Source: Haliotis cracherodii (Eukaryota). Taken from it: 64,000 bases of DNA. The stretch spans positions 34,410,001 through 34,474,000 of the forward strand of contig NW_027266275.1 of assembly GCF_022045235.1 (NCBI RefSeq), written 5' to 3'. The position numbers were made by a program, and so were the translations under genes. Below are positions 52,696 through 64,000 of the stretch, one piece after another. A model generated the notes under the pieces. The model made no database searches and was not told the DNA's origin. It was given only the letters and a program-made list of their open reading frames with translations. How positions within the stretch are numbered: position 1 is the first letter of the stretch; each line of letters begins with the position of its first letter.

Positions 52696-52981
52696 GGGGG
52701 CACGGGTGGCCCAGTCGTCTAAGGCGCCGCGATTCGCTGTGCAGAGTTGCGTCCCTTGGGCACGCCAGAAACCTATGATTGTGGGTTCGAATCCCGGTTC
52801 GCCCCGATTATGTTTCTAGGTTTGTCAGCACCATACCCGTGCTCGTGGGTTTCACCGAAGTGGTAAACGTCTGAGACCTGCATCACTTCGGACTTTCCTC
52901 CCACATTAAGCTGACACGCCGTGATATAACTGGAATACTGTTAAAAGCGGCGTTAAACCAAACTCACTCACTCACTCACTC
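52696..52981 (+). mobile_element. Full-length family B SINE
   Basis: TSD acttctatga at 52686-52695 and 52982-52991; A and B boxes; (ACTC)n tail. Confidence 0.92.
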
Positions 52982-53569
52982 ACTTCTATGAACATTCGCA
53001 TGCGGCCGGTCGCGATACGGTTCCATCTTCTGCGATCTTGACACTACAAGAACCATCATCATTTCCTATATCTACTTAAGGACAGTGCTCCCTTAAGGTC
53101 AACGTGTTGACACTTATTGATAGTCTGGGGATGGGCGTTTCGTTGAACAAAAACTCGTGAATCCTTTTATCTTCTTTATCTTGCTAATCCGTTTAAGAAA
53201 ACATGACCGAGCTTTCACTACATTCTTTTCCTAACAAACGAACAAACAAAGAAATAAATAAACAAATAAATTATTATCATACATTTTTACTGGCACTGTT
53301 TATTTTAGCCAAAACTGGACCAGGAATTGTTTTCAGTTCGGCGTAATATGCAAACTGCCGGGCTACTGGCTTCAATATGCAAGGGGCTAAAGTATACAGA
53401 AGAAGAAAAAAGAAGAAGAAAATTGTTTTATTAGAGTGTCACATGCTGCAGTACAAAATATATGGACATATAAACATTTCATTAAAAAACAGCACCCGGC
53501 CAGTTGGCCTACGAGACACTAATTACATAATGGTACATTTAAAATATAAAAAAGAGAGAAAAAACAAAT

Positions 53570-54030
53570 TCTCGCAGCAATCTCATACAGAACACTCGCA
53601 GCAATCTCATACGAAACACTCACGACAATCTCATACATGTCATACATCTATACACATATGCGTCCATATACACACAACCTATTTCATCAATCGTGTATAC
53701 TAACCTACATGTATAACCAGCATACATACTAACATACCAACCTACATACATACCTAAATCCATCAAACATAAATCAATCCGTATTATACATACACAGGTC
53801 CATCCATACCTATGTCCGTTCAAACACACCTCAATCCAAATATACTAACACACATACAACAACCATACATCCATACCTATATCCATCCATACACATATCG
53901 ATCCATATATACAAACACACATACAACCATACCTATATCCATCCATTCACACATCAGTCCATATATACATACACACATACAACCATACCTATATCCATCC
54001 ATACACACATCAGTCCATATATACATATAT
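53570..54030. repeat. Low-complexity (CATA/CATC)-rich repeat
   Basis: Seen directly. Confidence 0.8.
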
Positions 54031-54792
54031 GAGACAACAGGTCAACTTTGTAACAACTTAGTACTTTTGGGGGCAAATCCAATTGTCAAGTGTATATACT
54101 CTCTTTTGCCCGTCAGTCTTTCTGCATTATGATTATCAATGGAAACTAAACGCATCAGATTGAGGTTTCAAATGCTTCATTTAGAGCTAGAACAACTGCC
54201 CAAGGTAATAATTGAGTGCTCTCACTTTGGAAAAGGGTGTTGCTGCAGCCATCAGATGAAGCTATCAACTTCGCGGATGCAAAACGCCTACTCCGAAACC
54301 TTCAGGAGTATCCCTTTAAGCTTACCGAACCATAAAATTAGATCGTGCCTCGCGCAAGACGAGACTTTTCCAATGCTGGGGGATCTACGCTTGTTTGTCG
54401 AACTCTGTCAGATGCTGATAACGTCAGCACGTCTTGCACGTGCTCCTTTGTCATCCTGTGCGGGCACCAATCTATCAAGTTTACTGCCGTTGCCAATAAC
54501 GTCTGTAGCACCGATATCGTAAAACAGGCGCTTTGTTCGACAGGGTCTTACAAATATATTGCGGTGACGATATTGATAGTATGTATAAGATCACGAGTGA
54601 GTGAGTGAGTTAGGTTTGGTTTTGCGCGATTGAAAAAAGTATTCCAGCCATATCAATGCTAGGGACACCAGAAACGGGATTCACACATTGTACCCATATG
54701 GGGAATCGAACGCTTTAACTACTTGGCTACCCCCTAGAAGATCATGAATTTCTAGATGTAGCAAACTCGAAGTCTCTCATGCACACCTCAAA

Positions 54793-55138
54793 CCGACCGC
54801 CTCCGTGGTCTAGTGGTAGAGCGTCCGCCCGGAGAGCGGAAGGTCCGGGGTTCGATCCCCGACCGCGTCATACCTTAAGACGTTAAGTGATGGTACTTGT
54901 TGTTACCTGTCTGGTGCTCGGCATTAAGGGGCTAAAACAAAGACAGGTCGGGTCGGAGTCAGTATACTGTGTCTGAGTGGGGTATTCATGTTAAACTGCG
55001 GCATGGTATCTCAGTGAGCTAGCACTATAAATCAGTCCGGACTAGTACAAGCAGCCACACAAACACACACACGTACATGCACGTCGCTATATAAGTGCAA
55101 TAATCTTGGACGCGACGTTAAACCCCATTTCACCTCAC
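54793..55138 (+). mobile_element. Full-length Meta-domain-type tRNA SINE
   Basis: tRNA-like head (tggtctagtggtagagcg...ggttcgatccc), central ggcattaagggg..gtcggagtcagtatactgtgtctgagtgggg domain, TSD cacacctcaaa. Confidence 0.8.
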
Positions 55139-55941
55139 CACACCTCAAAACAAGAAATCCCAAGCAAGCGTAAATCACTTCGACAAGTCAATGAAAAGTA
55201 AGAGATTCTGTGGGCTACATTATAATATATATTACAATTTAGCCAAAATAACCTTCAAGAAATCCTTTCATTGCCGAGCCATATTTGTGTAGTCACTGTA
55301 TGTTGATACACTGCTTGATGATGGCTGTTAAGGAGGCCTTTGAGGCCTTTGATGTAGTTGGCACTGTCAAACGTGATGCAGTATTTCGACGTGTTTGAAG
55401 TACTGCACTGTACCAACAGGAAGCCTACTCAGCAAACTTACATAGAACAACCACAGGTGGGGCAAGAGACGCTCACCTTTTCGAAAACACCTGGTTTAAT
55501 CACTATTTAATAGTGATTCATAAATACATGCTTATGATGTAGTCGGATTCGTAGACTGTTTTGTAGTATTATTTTCAAAACAAGTTCACAAAGCATCTTC
55601 ATCCGAAAAAGAATTTCTGAAGTAGTCTGAGAGGCAATAACGGCGACGGACGTTTCCCAGACTCTCACGCCTATAATGGCCACTTAGCTATCTTGGTGAG
55701 TGAGAATCTCTTGATAAGAGTATTGAACCTATAGGCCAACTTGTTGCTTGATCTGGTAGCCCCCAGTGCCCAGAGGAACTGATAGTGAAGGCACTTTACA
55801 GAATGTGTAGTCACTCTGATGTGTATCTCTGGGTGGGAACCCATTGCTCCCTTGTACCTAAAACACTGGGGCCACTTGACCTTGTACGGTGTGTCTGAAG
55901 CCACTGTGGCACACCTTAATGAAGCCATTTCCAACCTTTCG

Positions 55942-56885
55942 GTAGCTATATTGTACGTTGCGTATTGAAGCCAGCGGCTATATTGTACGTTGCATATTGC
56001 AGCCAGTGGCTATATTGTACGTTGCGTATTGAAGCCAGTGGCTATATTGTACGTTGCGTATTGAAGCCAGTAGCTATATTGTACGTTGCATATTGCAGCC
56101 AGTGGCTATATTGTACGTTGCATATTGCAGCCAGTGGCTATATTGTACGTTCCATTAGGAAGCCAGTAGCTATGTTGTACGTTGCATATTGAAGCCAGTG
56201 GCTATATTGTACGTTGCGTATTGAAGCCAGTAGCTATATTGTACGTTGCATATTGCAGCCAGTGGCTATATTGTACGTTCCATATTGAAGCCAGTAGCTA
56301 TGTTGTACGTTGCGTATTGAAGCCAGTGGCTATATTGTACGTTGCATATTGAAGCCAGTAGCTATATTGTACGTTGCGTATTGAAGCCAGTAGCTATTGT
56401 ACGTTGCCTATTGAAGCCAGTAGCTATATTGTACGTTGCGTATTGAAGCCAGTAGCTATATTGTACGTTGCATATTGCAGCCAGTGGCTATATTGTACGT
56501 TGCATTTTGAAGCCAGTGGCTATAGTGCACGTTGCATCTTGCAGCCAGTGGCAATAGTGTACGTTGCATATTGAAGCCAGTGGCTATATTGTACGTTGCA
56601 TATTGAAGCCATTGGCTATAGTGTACGTCGCATATTGCAGCCAGTGGCTATAGTGCACGTTGCATATTGAAGCCAGTAGCTATTGTACGTTGCGTATTGA
56701 AGCCAGTAGCTATATTGTACGTTGCGTATTGAAGCCAGTGGCTATATTGTACGTTGCATATTGAAGCCAGTAGCTATATTGTACGTTGCCTATTGAAGCC
56801 AGTAAATATATAGTACGTTGCATATTGAAGCCAGTAGTTACCTTGTACATTGTATACTAGAGCTAGTAGCCAGCGTGTACGTTGC
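55942..56885. repeat. 32-bp minisatellite (gaagccagtggctatattgtacgttgcgtatt)n
   Basis: About 28 units; period 32 (56041 to 56073). Confidence 0.97.
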
Positions 56886-57858
56886 ATACTGATGGATCGA
56901 ACCCCGGACTTTCCACGGACGCTCTACCTCAAGACCACGGAGGCGGTCCCTTCTGTAAGAGACAAACCAGGTTCCGTTGTACAAAACAACCTATGTTAAG
57001 GTATGGGAGTAACGATCACCTTAGCGCTACGATCGCTTTGCACAACGGCACCCTGGTATTTTAGTCAGAGGCATCATCTAAGGTGCCTCAATCCCTATGC
57101 AGAGTTACATCCCTTAGGCGTGCCAGAAACCTATGACCCTGGACTCGTATAACGGTTCTCTCTGATTAGATTTTTAGGTTTATCAGCATCATACCTGAGC
57201 TTGTGGCGTCACCAAAGTGGTAAACGTCTAAGACCTGCATCACCTCGGCTTCACACATCAAGCTGACACGCCGTGATATAGAGACTGTACAAAGCGACGT
57301 TAAATACATCTCACTCACTCACTCAAGACACACTATTTTTTATGTAAAGGAAGGAACCCAATAATTCTATATTCTTGTCATTTCTTTTAGGACACCCATC
57401 ATGTCCAGCGAACAATTATATTGTTTCGTTTTGTTTGTTTGTTTGTTTGTTTGTTGTTCAACGCCGCACTCAGCAATATTCCAGCTATATGACGGTGGTC
57501 TGTAAATAATAAGAGTCGCTTTTTACGGCAAGCGTGGGTTGCTGAAGACCTATTCTACCCCGGATCTTTACGGGTCTTTTTGGTTTGTTTCTTAATACCT
57601 GAAGCAAGATTTTAAACAAAAAAGAATCCTAACAATTTATTGCTGTCAGCGGTAAAACGATACTCGCTCATATCATTAATGTCGATCGATTAAGATGTCC
57701 TCTTGCGCATGTGCATGTTAACGCAGTGTCATTCATTATATTGAGACACGGGATGACGCTGAAGCCACGTGCTACCCACTATCACAATGTCAGTATTAAA
57801 TTATCCTCCATTATCCAGGGTATAATATATCCTTTTTATCATGATTAAAAAACTAGGT

Positions 57859-58066
57859 CTCGGAAGTGACGTCACCATCTCCATATCCCAAATTTAGCAC
57901 AATATTTCTCTCGTTCGTGAGACTAATTTGATTGGACGGCTATTTTAGCTTCGTAACACATATCTTGGCTCGGAAGTGACGTCACCATGTCCGTATCCCA
58001 AATTTATCACAATATTTCTCTCGTTCGTGAGAGTAATTTAAAGGGACGGCTATTTTTAGCGTCGTA
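57859..58066. repeat. 110-bp tandem duplication
   Basis: cggaagtgacgtcaccat at 57861 and 57971. Confidence 0.9.
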
Positions 58067-58910
58067 CCGCTCATTTAGGCTCAAATAAAAGCCATGATAG
58101 CGAATGAGTCCAAGCTATTGATATGAGTGGAGATATAACACAATGGATACTCGAGGTTGTGATATTTTGTTGTAATGTGTTTTCCACATGTCGACTGACA
58201 TGAATCCGTTGTTGTATCATATTGCCTCTCCCAAAAAGGGAACGCTGCACGTAATGACCTCCACGTCCTACCAATGGGATATAGTTAATGTCATGTGATG
58301 CTGCCGTAAATGTGCCCTGTGTATACCTTCCTGAGTAACAGTACGGGCTTAGCTGATAGCATTAACATGACGTCAAGCGAGTTCACTTCCTCGTTAGTTA
58401 ACAGCCTCTATTGTTCAGCGATCTTCCATTTACGAAATCGAGGAAAATCCGGAAAGAGAACAGTGTTTTGTTATTTTTTTCCATTGACAATTTTAAAACC
58501 TGTATTCTGATTAGTCTGCCAGTGGGATTGATGACGTTGTTAAGGTGAGACAATGCTTAATGTCCTACCCATTTCAGAGTACCGTATTTCCCCGATTAAA
58601 CGCCCGGGCGTATATTTCTTTCAGACGCTCTTTACTCCCGACGTTCAGTCCCGACGATAATAGATCCGTGAAGATCCTGGTTAGAATAGGTTTTCAGCAA
58701 CCTATGCTTGTCGTGAGAGGCGACTAACGGATCGGGTGATCAAATGGGTAGATAGATGCTCATGATGTCAATCATTGGATTGTCTGGCCCAGACTCGATT
58801 ATTTCAGACCGCCGTCATATAGATGGAATATTGCTGAGTCCGGCGTTAAACAACAAACAAACAAACAAACAAAAGAAAATAATGGGTAAAATTCCGAGTA
58901 TAAAAACTAC

Positions 58911-59385
58911 CCAGCGTTTCATCGAGACCCGGTTGTATCTTCTATGTCGTCGTTTAATCGAGGAAATACGGTAGGTCTAGACATTGTACTTCGTGCCCTT
59001 TGTGAAACTGAGTCAGTGTCTGTTTGCTTTCGGGCAAGTTTAATGTGTTAAATTGATATTCATGATTTCAGACAAACAAATTCTGTTTGATTTGGGGCAA
59101 ATTGTAAGTGTTAAATTGATAATACTGATTTCAGACAAACATATGGGGCTTACATCATAAGCAATTGGGATAACATATCAGGTATCAAAGTTTCATACAA
59201 GTCATTAAGCCCAATCTGTTTGTCTGAAATCATGAATATCAATTTAACACTTGAGACTTGCCCAAAATCAAACAGACACTGATTCAGTTTCACAAAGGGA
59301 ACGAAGTACAATGTCCCGACCTACCGTATTTCCTCGATTAAACGACGACATCGAATAAACGCCGGGGTCTCGATGAAACGCCGGG
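58911..59385. repeat. Fold-back inverted duplication
   Basis: 58911-59080 is the reverse complement of ~59215-59385. Confidence 0.85.
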
Positions 59386-60880
59386 GATACGATGATATGC
59401 ATCAACCATGTCAGCAAGCCTGACCGATACCATTAGTCGCCTCTTTTACGACAAGCATTTTGGCCTTTTACGGCAGACATGGGTTGCTGAAGACCTATTC
59501 TGATCTTCACTGGTGTGTTTCCGTCAGAGGAACCTGTGCTAACTTGCGTGTAAGGTATCAAATGAAATTTACAGGTTTCAAATTTGCACGGTGCCAGGTA
59601 GTTTATATCAACAATCCTTATAGGAATATATTTATTGGATCATTTCCATTGAATGATTCGACCAAATTAAAATTAAATTAGATTTTAGCTTGAAAATGCA
59701 ACCATAAATTGTCACAACAGCCACAGAAAACTCAACTGCATCTCTAACAGCGCTGTAATAAGAAAAAAACGCGTTTAACATTTTTTCTCGATTGCGTATT
59801 TATGTTTTTGAAATGTTATACAAACGGATTCATTGTTGATAAGAGAAAGGTTACTGTCACACGATCACAAATGTACAATTTGTTTATGTTAGATAATTTT
59901 TCATTCCTCACAGAGTTATCTAAATACATCCACATGTCAAGTATGCATAATTAATTTTATTTGAATGACGGTTTGGTTTGTTTATTCTCTCGTTTCTTAT
60001 CGTTGTCTCATCGGAAAGGGCCTATCCACGAGAAAGGACTCCGTTATTGAGAAGGGGTGTTTATGTTCGTGTTTTTCCCCCATCATATTAACCCGTCAGG
60101 ATTCTGGATAAGAATATATATTAGTTCCTAAGCAACCCATGCCTGTCGTAAGAGGCGACGAAATGGTCTTATCCCAATTGCTTGGATCGATGCTCATGGT
60201 ATTTGGAGACCCCTGTCGCATAGTTGGAATACTCAATGGGGCGTTAAACAACACACAAACAAACAAAATCCAATCACATTACGTCGGGGACGACATAATG
60301 GGTTCATTGTACACATGCTGGGAATCGAACCAGGGATATCGACGTTATGAGCCATCGCTTTGACCACTTGGCTAACCCACCGCGTCGCTTTATGATGGGA
60401 TAGAGCCGCTAAAACAGTTTTCAAATTATAAATTATCACTTTTTTCATATTGTTTGACACAGTAGCCACAACGCAGTATTCCCTCCATATCGTAGACGGG
60501 GCCTGTAAATGATAGAGTGTGAATTCCACGAACAAGTGGTTGATATGATGATCACCGTCACACGCCCTCTGGGTACGATGACACACAATCAAGTCACAAA
60601 GCCTGCCCACCCGATCCCCATTTTAGTTATATTTTCTCCTTTTCCAGTTGGGTTAGTGAGAGAGTGAGTTGGGTTCAACACCCCTTTTAACAGTATTCCA
60701 GTTTTTTCACGGTGTGTCAGCGTCATGTTGGAGGAAAACCCGAAGTGATGCAGGTCTCACTTTGGTGAAACCCACGAGCACGGGTATGGTGCTGACAAAC
60801 CCAGAAAGATAATCGGGGCCCATTGAAGTCGACTGTTCAAACAAGCATGAATGAATTGTGTACATTGTCGCATAAGAGTA

Positions 60881-61141
60881 CCGTAATTCCTCCAATAGAC
60901 GTCAGTCCTTCAATACACGCCGGATTCTAATTAACGCCGGGTCATACAATCTGGTGTAAAAATATTAGACGCGGGCTGATTAATAATGGCCGTTTCCTGC
61001 AAATGTACCCATTATATGACTAGAATTTGGGAGTACGTAAAGTATTGAGTTGCCACTGTGCAAGCGTTAAACAGAATAGACGCCGGGACAACGGTTTCCG
61101 TGAAATTAATAGACGCGAAGCGTTTAATAGAGGAAATACGG
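60881..61141. mobile_element. Tc1/pogo-type MITE
   Basis: TA TSD; TIR ccgtaattcctc/gaggaaatacgg; internal aatagacgc repeats. Confidence 0.8.
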
Positions 61142-61605
61142 TATGTCCTTTTACGACAAGGGCATAAAACAACATTGTAGTGTACTTGTCATAGTAAATT
61201 GAATTTCATCAGTGATTTCAATTAGATTATTAGAAAGTACGTTTGAAACCTGTAAATTGAAGGTAAAGCGTGAATTTGTCCGAAATGTGTGTCATGTTGT
61301 TTGGGCTGACGTTATGATTATTAGCGTTTAGAGCAGTAGGCAGCAATAGACGAACCGCACCACTGTGAATGTTGATTAGGGCGTTAATTGTGCACGTGTT
61401 GTATAATCATATTAAAAATGTGTTTCTCAGCAGGGAAGAAATCCTACAATTACTCCTGTTATAGGGTGTTTACTTTACTCCACTCAAGGAATGCACACTG
61501 CAGAAAAAATATCAATATATTCAGGCTAAATAAGAAAATATGTTTCAGGAATCGGCGCGTCACTTTAAACCTTGACGGTCAGTCATTTCTACTGCCAATA
61601 CGTAG

Positions 61606-61775
61606 TGAATGAGTGAGTGAGTATGGTTTTTACGCCGCTTTTAGCAATGTTCCAGGAATATCACGGCGGGGGACACCAGAAATGGGCTTCACACATTCTA
61701 CCTATGTCGGGATTCGAACCCTGGTCTTAGGCGTCACGAGCGAACGCTTTAACCACTAGGCTACCCGACCGCCCC
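61606..61775 (-). mobile_element. Full-length family C SINE (tRNA-Asp-like)
   Basis: 12-bp TSD gccaatacgtag at 61594-61605 and 61776-61787. Confidence 0.92.
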
Positions 61776-63161
61776 GCCAATACGTAGACAAAATACATGT
61801 AATGTTCAAATTTCCTGAGTCATATGAAGCATACTCCGTTATCCATAAACTAAAATGCTTCACAACTGGCATTGTATTTAAGGTGCGAGTTCAGTGTGAT
61901 CTCAGTTGTGTTTACTGTAAAAATCAATATCAGCCTGTGACCAAATTCCAAAATGAAATGTGTACCATGATATATATTCAAAGCTTTCTGAGTATATATT
62001 ATTATTGAAAGCCCACTGTAAACCAATTTTGACACTTCTGGAATAAGATCGTCACAAGGTCATCATATACGATCATCCCAGATAAATTTAGAGTTGTTTA
62101 GATGGTTAGGGTTATGAATCCATAACTTTTAAGAATCGGATTAATTTCTGACACCCCTTAGATTGGCATTCTTAATTCTTTAAAATCGGATATATATATT
62201 TATCGGGGCCTCAATTATTCAAAGATAACTTCATTAACACCTTTTAATTTAATTTTGGCAAAGCATGCAAGGTCAAGGTCAAGCCAACTGCCACGTATCC
62301 TTGACACGAATATTGTGCGTAAGACCGCGGCAGATGAAAGTGGTCAGGGTTTGGTGCCAGCGTTGTAACTTGCGCGTTCCCCCTCGCCCACCTGGCTTTT
62401 CTTATCAGCCTGGTATTTTTAGGCAGTACACCTGAGACATCCAAGTCTAATATTAGCCTTCAGTTCGCGCCACGCCCCGCGCCTGACATCACCGCACGCG
62501 AGATTCTCGCGAGAAGAATGTACTGAGGGAGCAACTTTTTGACGTGTATACAAACCACATATTGAAAGTGCAGTTGTAAAAAAACGTATAGCTTAAACCA
62601 TTCAATTCAGTCCTATTGTTTCAATAATCCCAAGAATGTTTAATGTGTAAGCCGAATATTTTAGTTAACACACTTGTAAATACCCAAGCCCCGTTGTGTG
62701 CGAACACGCCAATCTCCATCTTGTCGAGCCTGTAGTTTACGTTGAACAAGAGCTCTTAACACTTGCAATTACTTGTGGTACTGTGGATAGCTTTGCAGAT
62801 CTATCTTACACACAATACCGTGTTTATTTAACGTGGGCCATACAGCTGTCTGACTGGTGCTAAGCATTAAAGTAATATTTGCCAATTCATTCAAGAGGGT
62901 ATAAGTTTGTACTCCGGCTATGCGAGAACGCTGAAGCAATAGTGTTAAGAGCCCGTCTTCAAGTAACTGTACGGAGGGCAACAGAACTGGATTATTTCAA
63001 TAGTGAATTGCCTCATCCTCACTTGTAGTTTCTAATAATACAATAAACATGTTTATCTTTTTTTTTGCAAACGTTATTTTATTTAACAGTTACTGGGACA
63101 GGGTATTTGACTTTAACTTCTGTTGGTGCCCGTGCAGTCTAAAATCGTCGTTTCTCCGTGT

Positions 63162-63421
63162 TTGTTTGTTGTTTTAACGCCGCACTCAGCAATATTCCAG
63201 CTTATATGACGGCGGTCTGTAAATAATCGAGTCTGGACCAGACAATCCAGTGATTGTCATCATGATCATCGATCCACCTAATTGGGATCAATGACATGCT
63301 TCAAACAAATCAGCGAGCCTTACCAACCGATCTCTTTAGTCGCCTCTTACGACCAGCTTAGTCGCCTTTTACGGCAAGCATAGGTTGCTGACGACCTATT
63401 CTACCCCGGATCTTCACGGGC
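63162..63421 (-). mobile_element. Full-length family A SINE
   Basis: TSD cgtttctccgtgt/cgtttctccatgt. Confidence 0.88.
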
Positions 63422-63768
63422 CGTTTCTCCATGTGAAGAGTTGCGTCGCTTAGCTGTGCTAGGATTATCTGTTGGTTCGACTCTCTGTTCCACTCCTGCG
63501 TGTGGGACGTTAAAGAGGTGCAACCTTACGACAGGCCTGACGTTGGGCTTTCCTCCCACGTCGTAATATAAGGGAAATTCAGATCAAAGCGGAGTTAAAC
63601 CCAATTAATTCATACACCGAGATTTCTTTGTTTTGTTTTGATTGATACTTATAAAATTGTTTGTTTGTCTGTTGTTCAATTGCGAGCAACGTTCCACCGT
63701 GGGGAAAAGATAACCGGAAATCAACCAAGTCAACGAGCCTGACCACTCTGGCCGCCTCTTTGGTTGTT

Positions 63769-63930
63769 GGGGCCGTCGGGTAGCCTAGTGGTTAAAGCGT
63801 TCGCTCATCACGCCGAAGACCCGGATTCGATTTCCGACATGGGTACTATGTGTGAAGCCCATTTCTGGTGTCACCCGCCGTGATATTGCTGGAAAATTGC
63901 TAAAAGCGGCGTAAAATCATACTCACTCAC
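63769..63930 (+). mobile_element. Family C SINE
   Basis: ggggccgtcgggtagcctagtggttaaagcg head and actcactcac tail. Confidence 0.85.
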
Positions 63931-64000
63931 AGAATACAGGTTGCTGTTGACCTATATTCATACCCGGATATTCCTCACGGGTGGATTCATAATTTGTTTC

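Noticed and set aside
55671-55934. 87-aa ORF containing FRYKGA
   Set aside because: At most decayed LINE 3' debris; too weak to call.
30993-63930. tRNA-like sequences with A/B boxes
   Set aside because: They are SINE heads attached to SINE bodies and tails, several with TSDs, not cloverleaf tRNA genes.

Overview
Eukaryotic, AT-rich, repeat-dense animal DNA. The SINE families and their ACTC/AAAC tails suggest a mollusc, probably a gastropod such as abalone (inference). Genes: (1) the 3' five exons of a CCDC137 orthologue (+, 41-3652), whose last intron is an array of its own 5' splice-site junction. (2) A tandem array of about 19 kb (~5050-24520) with four copies of an unrecognised three-exon ~275-aa coiled-coil gene, each preceded by two perfect CRE palindromes; no visible lesions, but copy 2 has an N gap. 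(3) An intron-containing, polyadenylated oocyte-type linker histone (B4/H1foo/H1.8-like, -, 25442-29693) with CPEs in its short 3'UTR; its terminal exon is missing from the ORF track. (4) A probable signal-peptide first exon at 40921-41007. The rest is SINEs (tRNA-Asp-like, tRNA-Leu-like, Meta-domain, and an abundant tRNA-less family whose 5' end can fold into a covarying pseudoknot), MITEs, LINE debris, minisatellites and microsatellites. Most ORFs in the supplied track are spurious. All calls are by eye; no searches were run.
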